Assembly: GCA_013265495.1 (NCBI GenBank)
Contig: MU058418.1
Coordinates: 2,506,917-2,570,916 of the forward strand
DNA length: 64,000 bases
Reading direction: 5' to 3'
DNA from: Vicugna vicugna
Lineage: Eukaryota
Shown: one piece after another, positions 1-15,124 of the stretch
Numbering within the stretch: the first letter of the stretch is position 1
Layout of the letters: each line of letters begins with the position of its first letter
Notes under the pieces: model-generated
Told to the model about the DNA's origin: nothing
What the model saw: the letters and a program-made list of their open reading frames with translations, nothing else
Database searches by the model: none
Translations under genes and position numbers: made by a program

Positions 1-868
1 TTTTCAGAGTTAGTGTTAATAATTTAAAGTACAGCTGGACTATTTTCATCCCTAACTTCTACTGAATACCATGTTTTCTAGAAGTCCTGTGGGAAATGCC
101 AATAATTACAAATGATTCTGCCAAAGGTAAAAGCCTGAAAGGATAATAACATCATTTAGAATAGAGAAATTATACAGGGTGTCTGCCAATACTCTCATTT
201 ACTAATCATCTTACGAAATCCAAAAAATATCATCGAATAGTCATTCTAGTAGTAAGTTACATCCAATCACTTGCCTACTGACAGATAGTTTCAAATAACT
301 ATCCAAATACCATTTATCCAGGATATGTATTATACCTCTTAAATGACCCATTTAACAATTCATGTGAAAGACTCCAAAGAAAGGCTTAATAACTCCAGAT
401 TTTTTTAATGGTAAAAATTTTTTTAAAGAGATATTACATATTCATTATACAAAAATTTAATGCATACAGATCAAGAGTGGACAAGAACAAGAAAGAATAG
501 TATTTATTTTATTAATGTGGTGGGATTTTGAACTCTTTATTTTTTTCATTCTATCCAATTAGAAATTAAATTAAAAAGACAGTAACAACTTCTTTTCCCT
601 TCATATTAATATTTGCCATTGGCGTTTTAAAAAAATACATGTTAAAACAACTCCATTGAATAAGTCTTGTCTTTTGTATACCAGAACCTTGGGAACTCAC
701 CTAGTGAATAAAGCAAAGGTTTTCTAAAGGTGGTGGACAAAGAGGGCTCTATACATCGGTCAGGAGTCCAGTGATATTAAAAATGTTTGGGGATTTAGCA
801 TTTAAAGGTACACTACTACCTGTTTCAATCTGAAGTCTGAGAAAAATAACTGGCCTTCGTATTTATTA

Positions 869-1114
<246 letters not shown>

Positions 1115-3344
1115 TTAAAAGTCAGCATGGATCAGAAGGTTCTGACTGTAGTGGCTTATGAATCAGGAACCATATTTTTAATGCTCTATCACTGTATCCC
1201 AAATCAATTTGTGCTTTATTTTCCCAATCAGATGAGTTTTAATGCAGCTTTTGATTTCTGAGGCTCAGAAGGTTCTAATGACACCTGAAGCGTATCCTAC
1301 ATTTCCCATCAAATACATCTTTCTCTTTTCTCTACTTGCCATCCCCAGCTCCCACCAACCTACATTCTTCTCTTCTTTTTTTCTATAATTTTCTTTTCAT
1401 CTCCCTTTATTAATTTCATTTAGCTTATATCAATAACACCGAAGGAATTAAATTATCAGTGGCATGTCAGTGGGCTAAACACACTATTGCCCTCTATGCT
1501 AGGAGACTATAAATATGATAAATGTACTATAAAGTTAAAACAAACTTACTGTAAAGAAAATGAAATTTTCAAGTACCCGGCAGTCTGTATTATTGTTTAT
1601 TTCACTTATCTTTTATCTTCATAAGGACCTCTCCTTAACTAAGCTCTTGAAGACTGAGACTATCTTGTACTTTAGTGTCTTCAGTAACTAGCACAACCCC
1701 ATTATATATATATATGAGGGTTTAAAATAACTTCATTTACTCATTTTCTTTTGGACGGTGAAGCATGTTAAAATAAGAAATGTACCAAAATACTAGATTC
1801 TTAACTCTCAGAGTGAGTTCCTGATATTAAAAAATTAGGCAATTTCTTACATATTTAATATAGCTTAAGTATAGATACTTTATATCATAGAAAGGTCAGT
1901 ACTAAATAATCGTAAAAATTCTTAAATTATTTTTCTCCCTAAAATAATATCTCTTTCATCCTCACAAATAAAACTCACTCAACATGAATGTTTGGATTTA
2001 TGAAATAAATGGAGCAATGAGGCTGGCAATGCAATAGCCATACGATGACTGCATTTCCAGCAATTCTACTGCTACCTGACTTGTAACACACTTAAAAACA
2101 CCGTAATAAAATTCAGAGAAGGAAAAAAGTTTTTTTCCTACCATCACTAAAGAGTAGTATGAAGGATATTTAATGAATACATACTATAGTGCTAGAAGCT
2201 TTCACTAATTTTTACTTATCTTACAACAATTTAATGAGATAGGAATTATTTCATTTTTAAACAGAAGAAAATAGAAAACATTATATAACTGGCCCAAGGT
2301 AAAATGGTTAATAAGTGGTAGAGTCAGAACAGAAAACTTAGATCTGTCTGCCTTTGAAGCTAATCCTTTTGTCACAATACCACACACTGTTCCCCTGGCT
2401 CATGTCAGAAGTGGCCTCAGTTTTCTGCAATCAAAATGGATCAATTCTTGCCACTCTCTTACCCCTCCTTATTAACCTTAAGTTGAAACCTAGTGTTTAA
2501 TCTTCCAAAACGTCCTTAGTAAAGGATATAAAAAACATGTAAATTAGTAAGCATTTTTCTATCTTCAACTCTCATTTATCATTTCTCTAATTTGTCAACA
2601 GACCACAGTGACAGCTGCCAACAATGACATTTGATATTACTTAGTGTTACAACAAAACAGTAAGTCAGCACGTTTGTAAACATAATTGAATTAAATATAA
2701 TTGTACAGGTCTTTGTTTAAAAATTCAGTTTTTTACACTTTCTAAATTACATTGGTAGTTCTCATTGTTACTTACTATTTAATGGTAATTAAAAAAACCC
2801 AAATATTGATATTACACTCTGTAATTGTACTTATAATGTTACTTCGCTTAAACTTTCACTGAGTTAAAAAATCTAGGTTAAATAACTTTGAAAATTCCTC
2901 TATCCAACTTCCCCAAAACAATTTCAAATTAAGTAGTTCAACTTTTAGGTTCTGAATTTCTCCCCAGTGCTCCACATAATTTTAAAGGAAATTGACCAAT
3001 TTTCCTTTCCTGGCCCATTAAGAATTTTTTAACACTTAAACGCATCTTAAGTTATTTATTAGTTTCATTTTCAATTTTAATAAGAATGCTAAAATATGTT
3101 AAAATTTTGAAAGTGTTTTGAAAGTAAATGTTAATTTTTATTTCTGTTACATAAAAGAACTGCCTATGTATTTCTATATTATTAGATGAAATGTACTTAT
3201 AACTGAAATGTTTAAGTTATTTAAAAAAGAAATTTTGGATGTAAATGACATACTTGAACATATAGCCATAAAATATTTTTTTAACATTAGCAATGATTTC
3301 AAGAATTTCACGAGGTGTAACTAATAAACATAAACATTTTAAAG

Positions 3345-3992
3345 GATATCACCCACAGAATGTGAGAAAATCTTTGCAAATCATAAGATTTGGGACTTGG
3401 ATTCAGAGCATATATAGAATTCTTTTAACTCAACAATAAAAAGAAAAATAATCCTAATTAAAAATGGGAAAAGGATATGAACAGACATTTCTCCAAAGAA
3501 GATTCAAAAATGGCCAGTAAGTCATTTAAACCCTGGTTTCAAATCTTAGCTCCACCATTTTCCTGCCGAGTGACTTGTCACTTAAATGGCTTATAAGGTA
3601 TGAAAAGATGCTCAACATCTTTAGTCATCAGGGAAATGCCAATACATTCTACAAAATGAACCAATGTTGAAAACATTATGCTAAGTGAAAGAAGCCAATC
3701 ACAAAAGACCATATATTGTATGTTTCTATTTATATGAAATGTCCAGAATAGACAAATTCATAGAGAAAGAAAGTAGGTTAGTGATTACTAGAGGCTAGGG
3801 AGAAGGGCGGATGGGAAGTGACTGCTATGATAAAGGGTTTTTGGGGAGGAGGATGAAAATTTTCCAGAAACTGATTGTGGTGACAGATGCACAACTCTGT
3901 GAAAAGACTAAAAACCACTGAACTGTACACTTTAACCTTAGATGAGTTAATTAATTGTAGGGTGTATGAAATATATCTCAAGAAAGCTGTTT
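3345..3992 (+). mobile_element. Old L1 3' fragment, interrupted by a MIR-like piece at about 3520-3590
   Basis: L1 ORF2-end and 3'UTR motifs (aacagacatttctccaaagaaga; atgctaagtgaaagaagcca). Confidence 0.7.
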
Positions 3993-5085
3993 GATTTTTT
4001 TTTTTAAGTACTGTCTTGGTTTTTCCTCATATCCAGACCTATATAACTTTCCATCTTTGCATGCAGTAGAAACATAGCATAGTAAGTTACCTCTCTTTAT
4101 TCATGTATTAAATTAGTTATGTCAGAAGAAGTTCATTCCATCACTAAAACATCAATCATTATATTCTTCCTTTGCTTTTTCTAGTGATAACCTTTAATAG
4201 TCTTATTGTTCAAGTTTAGATCTATTATATAACTTGCATTTAAAAACTATTATTCTACAAAAAACATTTTGAAGAGAGGATTGTAAGAGATTCACATTAA
4301 ATAATCCTCTAGGGTAGATTATGTTCTTAGTAGTTTCATTTCTTTTGGTTAAAAGAAAAACAGAAAGAGGCATTTGAGAAATATGATTGGTCAATGTATT
4401 CTATCAAGGCAAGAAATGTTTCACCACTAAAGTTTCTACCATTATTTTAGCCTGTAATGTAGTTTTCTTAACCTGATATCCCTAGCTTTATATCTCAGTG
4501 TAGAAAATTTTTGTCCTACATACTGGTATTTTTTTTTTTTTTTTGGAAATGATCATTTAAAATGGGAAGTAACATTTAAATAACCAGATCAGATTTTAGC
4601 AATTTAGCAATATGCACACACAAAAGCATGTTAAAAGGAATTGCGTTTTTACAGAATCAAACCTAAGAATTTCAGGTAATTTTCAAATATTTTTATTTCT
4701 AAGACGAAAGTATATAAGTAAATTATAAGGAAGAAAAGAAATGAGAAAGAAAATGGAAGAAAAGCCTGCCTAAAAAAAATTTTATGTCAAAACATGAAGA
4801 GCTATTTATTATACAAAAAGAAGAGGTAAAAAAAGGAAAAAAAGAGTACAAAACCCAGAAAATTCATGCTAATGGCATTTATAGATAATCCACTGATCTA
4901 TTACAACATGTACAACAAAGGTCGTGGGTAAAAAAGATTTGTAGTAAATTCATGTTTTCCTTGTGTGCGTGTGTATGCACTTACTTCTTTGATGAATTAA
5001 AGTACATTTCTCCCAGTTATTATTTTTTAATAAATTCATGTTTAATATTATTCTTAAATATGTATCACACATTCCACCTAACCTA

Positions 5086-5355
<270 letters not shown>

Positions 5356-5504
5356 TTATTTGAAATTAGTTTAAACTTTAAACCCTAGCCTAAAGTAACC
5401 CAATTGTGATAAAGTGGGAAAAAAAACACAAACCCTGGGAAACATGGTTTTAAATACTAGCTTTACCACTTTCTGGTAGGTGACTAGTGTCTAAAATGGA
5501 AATA

Positions 5505-6534
5505 TTCAAAATATTTGCAAAAGATGAAACTGACAAGGGCTTGATTTCTAGAATATATAAATAGCTCATATGACTTAATAAGAAAAAAGCAAACAGCCCA
5601 ATCGAAAAATGGGCAGAAGACCTAAACAAGCAATTCTCCAATGAAGACATACGAATGACCAATAGACACACGAAAAAATGCTCAGTATCACTAATTATCA
5701 GAGAAATGCAAATCAAAACTACAATGACGTATCACCTCACACCAGTCAATGGCCATCATTCAAAAGTCCACAAATGATAAATGCTGGAGAGGCTGTGGAG
5801 AAAAGGGAACCCTCTTAAACTGTTGGTAGGAATGCAGTTTGGTCCAGCCATTGTGGAAAACAGTATGGATATTCCTCAAAAGACTAAAAATAGACTTACC
5901 ATATGACCCAGCAATCCCACTCCTGGGCATATATCCAGAAAGAACCCTAATTCAAAAAGACACCTTCACTCGAATGTTCATAGCAGCACTATTCACAATT
6001 GCCAAGACATGGAAACAATCTAAAATGTCCATCAACAGATGACTGGATAAAGAAGATGTGGTATATTTATACAATGGAATACTACTCAGCCATAAAAATG
6101 ATAACATAATGCCATATGCAGCAACATGCATGTCCCTGGAGAATGTCATTCTAAGTGAAGTAAGCCAGAAAGAAAAAGGAAATACCATATGATATCGTTC
6201 ATATGTGTAATCTAAAAAAAAAAAGATAAATGAATTTATATATAAAACAGAAACAGATTCACAGACATAGAATACAGACTTGTGATTGCCAGGGGGAAGA
6301 GGGGTGAGAAGGGATAAACTGGGAATTTGAGATTTGCAGATACTGACTGATATATATAAAACAGATTAACAAGTTTATACTGTATAGCACAGGGAAATAT
6401 ATTCAAGATCTTGTAGTAGCTCTTGGCGAAAAAGAGTATGAAAATGAATATATGTATATTCATGTATGACTGAAGAATTGTGCTGTACACCAGAAAATGA
6501 TACAATACTGTAAACTGACTATAACTCATTTTAA
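5505..6534 (+). mobile_element. Lineage-specific (camelid-type) 5'-truncated L1
   Basis: ORF2 C-terminal remnants (ORF 5839-6042, ...[14 protein letters not shown]...). 12-bp TSD AAAATGGAAATA at 5493-5504 and 6535-6546. Confidence 0.9.
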
Positions 6535-7657
6535 AAAATGGAAATACCTCTCTTGCTTTATCCCTATCTATCTACCTGTTGAGGGTTAGAGAGGTTACGA
6601 TGTAAAAGTAAACACAAATAACACATCTCTTAATCCCAATCACATTCATAAATAGATTCTACACTAGAACTGAATTTTAGGCCTAGTGGCAGAATCCAAG
6701 ATTCCTCATAGACCTACTAGGTGATCTATCTCAAAATTCTGAAAAATTATGAGAGAGATTTTACATTTTCTCATTCTATTTCTTAAAAGTCATCTTAAAT
6801 CTACAATCACTTGTTTCTCCAGTCAAGTAAAATTTCATCACTGAAAGGAATAAGCCAAAATAATCACATTCTAAAAGGAGAAATAGAAATTTCTATCTAA
6901 TAAGTAAGCCAGGGAGTTTTAGATGACCTATAATTTTAAAATTTCAAGTGTATTTAGAACACATAAAGAAATAAATACTACAATTACTCCAAGTCAATTA
7001 CTACTTGTACCTTTGAATAAAAAAAAATTGATAGTATTCCTAAATCAAGACATTTTAGACTCAAGGATACTGTGAAGGTAAAATGTAGCTCAATAGTAAG
7101 TGCTACAGAGACAGTTCCTGTAACAGAGTACTAAATACTTAACAGAATGAATTCATTAATCTCACCAGTTTACATTTGAACAATGTTGTCTTTTTTTCCA
7201 AAGCACTTCAATATATTATCTGTTAAATCAACAAACATTTACTGAGGACTCACCCTGTGCCAGATGTATTTCCTACTGAAGTCACCAAAAAGTAAAGTAT
7301 AAAATTCCTGTCCTAGAAGATTTTATAATCTTCAGGAAAAAAATCAGACCTTTAATCTCTCTATAATAAATTAAGAGAAAAAGGATAATTTTTACATATT
7401 CATTCACTCGCATATAGTCTTAAAATCAAAATGACTGAGACAATGTACCAGACCCTGGAGATATAAAAATGATTGGAAGAAGGTCTCAGCCACTGATGAG
7501 TTTTGAGCAGAGGGAGAAGAAACAGACATTTAAATAAACATGAAAACCAATTTAATAAATAAGTCCAAAACTTTGTTCCATTCACTTTGAGGCCTTGACA
7601 TCAATTTCCTTACCTGTAAAATAGGAATAAAAATATCTCCTTCAAAAAGAAGTTACA

Positions 7658-7763
7658 GGGTGTGGGGATAAAGCTCAGTGGTAGAGCACACACTTGGCGT
7701 GCACAAGGCCCTGGGTTCAATCCCCAGTGCTTCTGTTAGGGGAAAAATTTTTTTATTAAAAAA
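7658..7763 (+). mobile_element. tRNA-derived SINE (camelid Vic-1-like)
   Basis: A box AGCTCAGTGG, B box GGTTCAATCC, A-rich tail. TSD AAAAAGAAGTTA(C/T)A at 7644-7657 and 7764-7777. Confidence 0.85.
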
Positions 7764-10700
7764 AAAAAGAAGTTATAAGAAAAGGAAACAAAAAAGGCGG
7801 AATGGGGGTGATGGGAGCTAGTAGAGTACCTGATGCAGGATAGGAGTTCAACAACAGGCAGCTCTTACTATAAAATGAGGTAAGAGCCGCAGAGCACAGA
7901 GAAAAAAGCATCTAACTTTTGGGTGTTGGACGTTATTAGAGACACTTTCAGAGACACAGGGTTTCTCTGGCAGACAAGGGAAGCATCCCAAGTGGAAGAA
8001 AAGGCAAGTATACAGCTATTCATTTATTCATCAAATACTTGGGATACAGAGATGTAAAAGAGATAATTCCATCCCTAAAAGAACTTAGTTTAATACATGG
8101 CTGTTTAACTTATAGTCTGTATACCACCTGAAATTATATGCAGCTTTTTTAATGTATTTGCATTTTTCTGGAAAGAGGGCCCATAGGTTTTGTTTGTTTA
8201 ACAGATCTTTTTTAAAAAAAGAGTCAACACTTTTCTCACCTCAGGTTTAAGTGCCAAAACACTTCAGTGAATTAACACCCCATCTCTTTTCTTCACATCT
8301 ATTCTTAGTTTCTAAATCTACCTCCTCCTTCCCTCCCTGAGAGAGATAAAAGGAATTAAGTTGTAATGAAAAACTGACTGTGTATGTATCTGAATTCCAA
8401 GTAACCTTACATTTATTATACTATGTCTCTACTCAAGAATCTGATGTCTCATTATCTCTGATTTTAAGGTCTAAATCCTATCATCTAACATTGTCTTCCA
8501 TAATCAAGTTCCACCATATATATCCAGTATCATTTATCCCTCTTATCCTCCTCATATATTTATTTTTGCCCCCATTCATTTGTCTGCTTCTTTGTGCAAG
8601 TTGAAATGCCTTCCTCCCTCATTCCTCTCCATTTTCCAAGTTCTTTTGTTTCTTAAAGGCCCAATTCAATTCACATTTCATTTAGCAAATTTCCTCTAAT
8701 AACTTCACCTATGTTCACCTCTCTTTTCTCAGTTCCTTTAATCTAAAACTCATGGTTTTAATTATATACATGCTCACATTGCTTGAAACTCAGCTGGTTT
8801 CAGTATTTATCATATTAGACTCCTCAATTAAATGGGGTATGCTCTTTTTGGACAAGAAACATACCTTTATCACACAGAAAATTATTCAGTGTTACCTGTC
8901 CATTATTTATATCAGATTAGTCTTATCAAGCCAATCTATTTATCTGCTCTCCTACCCATCCATTTTGCTATCTATCTGTCAAATTTTCTATGATTGAGAA
9001 CAAGAAGTAGGTTCTATCAGCTTATCTTGGCAGCATGAACTGACTATTCAACAGAATAAAAGCCTTGGGAAGAGAAAAATGGTAAAAGAGCTCTCAGGTA
9101 GTTAAGAGTCCCAATGGTTGTTAAATAAGAAAGTAATAAAATAGGAAATTTTTTTGGTATAGCAGAAAAAATTTAAATAAAGAGAAGCCTAGGTTTTCAG
9201 TAATTATCTATTATAAAACAGAATTGTGTTCTACTAGAAAAAATACTGAACTAGGATGTGTATTTCTGCAAGGAAGAGGTCAGGATGATGTCCACCCCTA
9301 AGCCATGCTAAGCCCTGGAGCTGACCTTCACTACTGTGTTCTGTAGCACTGCTGATGCTAGGAATAGTGCCAAAGTGAAAATCTCAATTACCCAGAACCA
9401 TTTTGAATAGCCAAGTTTTCTAAGTCAGATATTATTTAATGCATTAACTATTATTTTAACTATTTTGAACGGGAACTGATGTAAAATCTACTCTCAACTT
9501 TTCCGTCTTCTCAAATAAAAATTAAACATAATTTAACTGATTACGAGAAATGACAGCCTTGAATGCATAAGAATACTTGCTTTTACATTAAATGGTCTCT
9601 TTCCAGTTTTTATGTTGCTTTTTCCCTTATGTCACTTCTTTTTGCTATAAATTACCTCTCTTGGTTGCCTTCAGTAATGCCTGCTTCTGTTATCTACCCC
9701 CATATCTTCTTTTTTAATGCTCTGAAGCATAAACGTTTGGAAACCACATTATCAAACCTGTCAGAACTATCAAAGTAAAAGCAAGCAAGCTTGGAGAGGA
9801 ATCAATTGGTCATTTTACATGCATAGTCTTTAGTGCTTGGGCTTGTTTATTCTGGCTATCTAAAGGCCTTTTAAATTTAATTCCAGATTCTCAACTATGT
9901 CAAGTGGGAAAGCTGCCAGAGAGCTTAATTCTAGGGTGGTAAACTATCGTTACCCCTTGCTACAATATTTTATGCTTTTTCTCTTTTTTCTTTTTTTGAA
10001 TCTCTACCAACTGCTTAGAAAATACCTATATAGCCTCTGATTCCAAGTCTGAAGCACCCAAAACCTAGTTTTATTTTTTACAATGTATTTCTGTATTTCT
10101 GTTTTAAGAGTTTGGCTACAACATGATCATGTGCTTGCTGACAGATGTTGATTATATGGACTATACCAGACTGGAAAATTCCTTAAATTTTCACCTCTAG
10201 GTTATGTAAGAAATGGATTAGTACTGCATAATCGACAACCTTAATCATTACATTAATTCTAAATTCTACATTGAAAATATACCTAAAACAAGATGCCTAT
10301 ACTAGATCCAATATTCATTTTACTTTAAAGAAATATTTAACCAAATTTATTAATGTTATTTCTATGCTCTTAATGTGTGTTTTAATATTAACACACTAAT
10401 GTATCCATGTACATGTACTATACATAAATTTTATATGAATTATGTTACATCATTAAAATCTAACAGATCTTTAAAACCAATTAGTGCTAGCAAATGACTT
10501 TAAACAATATGATTAATCATATATTAATACACTTTCTAGAACTTTTCTTCTGACTTGTGTCAAAAGCACATTCTATATTGAATTTCCCAAGGAAGAAACA
10601 AGTAAACAATATAATGTTAGTGATTCACTGGCAATAACTAACCTGAAAAAAAAAATCACCAAAAGGTACAAGGAGTATACTTAAAGTCAACAAAACAGTC

Positions 10701-11783
10701 TTCTAATTTAATCTTACAATTATTTCATAGGCAATGTAGAATTTAGTGCTCTCACGAAAACCATTCAAATACAACTTTTTACATGTATATGTCCAAATGC
10801 TCTCACTTGAAACAAATCAGGTTAACAACCGTTTTTTATCTTGTGATAAGTACTCAAACTATAAAAAGAAAGAACAAAAGTTAAAAGGAAAAGAAAAGAG
10901 GAGCCATTCTGCTTATCAGAACAATCTACGGGGGTGGGTGGGTATAGCTGATAAATCTAGGACTACTTAGAGAAGATATCTAGGCCAAGAGCACCTTGTT
11001 TCATCTTTAAACTGAAATATAAAAGTCTAATAAAAAGCTAATCCTTCAATTCAAAAGATAAACTAAATATCTAAAAATTTTTGTAACATTAAATTTAGAC
11101 TAAATGGGAAATAATTTATTCACTTTCTTAACCTAGTAGCTCTGTTCTGTAATAATGGAAACACATTGCCTGTCTCTCCTCCTCCCGTAAACTGCCCCTT
11201 CCATTGGCCTTTATTATCTGACCAACCTGCTTACCTTCTGTCTGCCAGCAGCCAGGTTCACTTACTACTTTCACAACATGCTGCAAATCAGACTCTTGAC
11301 TGATACCCTAATGGCCTAATGTCCTAATGTCATTTGACTAAATTAATCCTCTGACTAGTTAGTTACTACCTCAAATCTTTCATTTTTAGGTATTTGATAA
11401 TATAAAAATATTTCCCTAGGTTAATAAGATACATATAAAGAAATACTAGTATCCCAAGTCACAAATAGTTGGAAGTTTCTAAAAACGTAAACAGGAATAA
11501 CAAGCAAGTAAAAGTACAACTCTAGCTCAATCTTTCATAGATCAAATCATACTTTAAAGACAATCTCAGTAGTTTTTTATCCATCATGCGATTCTGTTCC
11601 TAATGATTCTGTCCTTATTTTCCTTTCCCATAAGAAACACACAGGGGAAGAAGAAATGACTCTAAAACTCATTAATTTTACTTAAAATGAATACTTTTTC
11701 AAGATTATTTTGTACTCTTCTCATTAAATATCCCCCCCCATTTAATATCCTAAAGTGTAACATTCTGGTTTGTAATATTTTTA

Positions 11784-11960
<177 letters not shown>

Positions 11961-12489
11961 TCACCTGTAGAAAAATCAAACAATAAATGAACATTTTTCA
12001 GTTTCAACCAACACAGAGAGAGAACTTATCTTTCACATTTAATAATAAAATATTTGTCAGTATGAAGATGGTGAAAATGGAGTCACTTGACTAAATGAAT
12101 CAAAACTGATTTGTTAACCTTCTTTCACCTTCAATTATTAGAACATCAACATTATATAAAATTAAAAAAAAACTTACTTTCAATGTCAGTTGCTTCATGG
12201 TGAATTCATAATCATCATTGCTATTATTCTCCTAAAATCATTGTTTTTACTTATTACAGCTAGGGGTTTTGTTCTAGAGAGTTAGTATGAAAGGTCCTCA
12301 CTACAGAAGCACCTAAGAGGATTAAAGAAGCTGAAAGAATAGTATCAAATTTACATTTCCACATAAAATGTATTAGGCATTCAACAGCTCAGAAATCAAA
12401 TAGTCCAAGAAGCCCTATGTCCTCAGTCTCATCAAAACCAACCAAATGTTTTATTTAATTCATGAAATAGTTCAACCTTCTTTGAATTA

Positions 12490-13575
12490 CAGTGAGTCCT
12501 CATTTCCCAGGCTTCCTGTATACACAAATTTCAGATTCCACAATTTAATCAAATAATACCAGTCCCCTAACTACATAGTTCCAATTTTACTCACCACAAT
12601 ATACTAACTGTAAACAACTACATAAGTACAAACTCCTTTTTTGGCACTTCAGTTCGCAAATTACTATGTTAACAAGAGTGCATGTCATGATCAGTGACCA
12701 GTCCAGTCATGTCACTTCTTTTCAAAGTCTGTTGGTGATAGGTTACTTCATCTGTTATTCAATTTGCCTACAGACAGCAAAGCATGTAATTGGTTTACTT
12801 TTTTGCCTCTCAATGATAAACTCACGAAATTTTACAAAATGGTAACTGAAAGAGGGAATGGACCAACAAAGAGAAAAGTATGGCAAAGAAAGGAAAAATG
12901 GTAACACTGGAGTGAAATTCAAATTGAATGTAAGTGGAGTAGCAGAAGAAACAGCTGATTGCGGGAATGATGCCACTGCCACTGTTTGAAAGACACTACA
13001 TACACCATCAGAGTAATTTAGTGAAGGTGCAAATATTGTCATGAATGAGGAAAGTGGTTGTGACAAAACAGTGTATGTCCCAGAAGAAGTGACAACAGCA
13101 AAAAAGAAAAAGTCACAATGAAGGAATTCTCAAAGATATTTCAGGACATTCAAAGTGCAAAGGATAAAATGTTGGAAGCTGATCTAACTTTAGTAGAAAA
13201 GAGTAAGACAATTTGCAAAGGCATAGAAAAAAAGGCATTGCTCACTCTGCTAGCTGTTTTTCTAAGTTACACAAGGGAAGGCAAAGCACTGTTAAACTAC
13301 TCTTGGTAAGTTTTTTACGAAGAAATAAAGCGCTGTAATTCTAATTATTTCTAATGTTTCATATTACATTGTCCTAAATTAATATTAGTTTTACTTCTTT
13401 TTACATTTCCCCATACATTCATAACAAAGGAAAATTTTTAATGTTCTGACAAAATTTTTTAAAGATTATAGAACTGTAATTTTTCCCATTGATTATTAAG
13501 ATCGTTTTATACACTTTTAGTTTGTATGGTCATTTTTTTTGGTCCCACACTACCATACAAAGTAAGGACTGCTTA
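12490..13575. mobile_element. Tigger-family (TcMar) DNA transposon relic
   Basis: Degenerate TIRs CAGTGAGTCCTCATTT ... AAGTAAGGACTGCTTA, flanked by TA on both sides. Confidence 0.7.
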
Positions 13576-13704
13576 TACTTACCTACTAGTAAACAATGGT
13601 TACCGAAGGAAGGCATTTGTTATTTACTGAACTTTAATCACTACCAAATGGAAAGTTTTGTATAAATCTAATTGCATTTAGGTATTACTGTATCAACATT
13701 CTTT

Positions 13705-15124
13705 TTCTTTTTCTTTTAATTGAAGTACAGTTGCAATGTGTCAATTTCTGGTGTACAGCACAATGTCTCAGTCATGCATATACATACATCTATTTGTTTT
13801 CATATTCATTTTCATTAAAGGTTATTACAAGATATTGAATATAGTTCCCTGTGCTATACAAAAGAAACTTTTTAAAAAAATCTATTTTTATATATAACGG
13901 CTAACATTTGTAAACCTCAAACTCACAAATTTATCCCTTCCCACCCTCTTTCCCTGGTAACCCTCAGACTGTTTACTATGTCTGCGAATCTGTTTCTGTT
14001 TTGTACATGAGTTCATAATGTCCTTTTTTTCTTTTTTTTTAGATTTCACATATGAGTGATAGCATGTGGTATTTTTCTTTCTCTTTCTGGCTTACTTAGA
14101 ATGACAATCTCTAGGTCCACACATGTTGCTGCAAATGGCATTATTTTATTCTTTTTATGGCCGAGTAATATTCTATTGTATAAATATAACACAACTTCTT
14201 TAACCAGTCATCTGTTAGTGGACATTCAGGTTGCTTCCATGTGTTTGCTACAGTAAATAGTACTGCTAGGAACATTAGAGTGCATGTATCTTTTCGAATT
14301 AGAGTTCCCACCAGATATATACCCTTCAGAAGTGGGATTGCTGGATCATATGGTAGTTCTATTTTTAGTTTTTTGAGGAATCTTCATAACTGTTTTCCAT
14401 AATGGCTGAACCAAACTACACTCCCATCAACAGTGTAGGACGGTTCCCTTTTCTCGACACCCTCTCCAGCATTTATTGTTCATGGACTTTGAATGATGGC
14501 TATTTGACTAGTGTGAGGTGGAACCTAACTGTAGTTTTGATTTGCATTTCTCTGATAATTAGTGATATTGAGCATTTTTTTTGTGTGCATATTGGCTATT
14601 TATATGTTTTCACTGGAGAACATTTAGGTCTTCTGTCCATTTTTGGATTGGGTTTTTTTTGTTATTAAATTGTATGAACTGTTTATATATTCTGGAAATT
14701 AAGCCTTTGTCAGTCTCATCATTTGCAAATATTTTCTTTCATTCTGTAGGTTGCTGTTTTGTCTTGCTTATGGTTTATTTTGCTAGGCAAAAGCTTATAA
14801 GTTTAATTAGGTCCCATCTGTTTATTTTTGTTCTTGTTCCTATTGCCTGGGTAGACTGCCCTAGGAGAACATTGCTAAGATTTATGTCAGAGAATGTTTT
14901 GCCTATGCTCTCTTCTAGGAAATATATTGTTTCTTGTCTTATATTTAAGTCTTTAAGCCATTTTGAGTTTATTTTTGTGTATGGAGTGAGGGAGTATTCT
15001 AACTTCATTGATTTACATGCTGCTATCCAGTTTTCCCAACACCACTTGCTTGTCTTTTCTCCATTGTATATTTTTGCCTCCTTTGTCGAAAATTAATTGA
15101 CCATAGGTCTGTGTATTTATTTCT
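13705..15124 (-). mobile_element. Camelid-type 5'-truncated L1
   Basis: ORF2 remnant at 14775-15008 (...LTPYTKINSKWLKDLN...). 12-bp TSD TCAACATTCTTT at 13693-13704 and 15125-15136. Confidence 0.9.

Noticed and set aside
7658..7735. tRNA-like sequence with A and B boxes (also at about 18970-19030 and 52611-52682)
   Set aside because: A-rich tails and TSDs show these are SINE heads, not tRNA genes.
14402..15096. 171-aa and 88-aa hydrophobic plus-strand ORFs
   Set aside because: They are antisense translations of an L1 ORF2, a well-known artefact.
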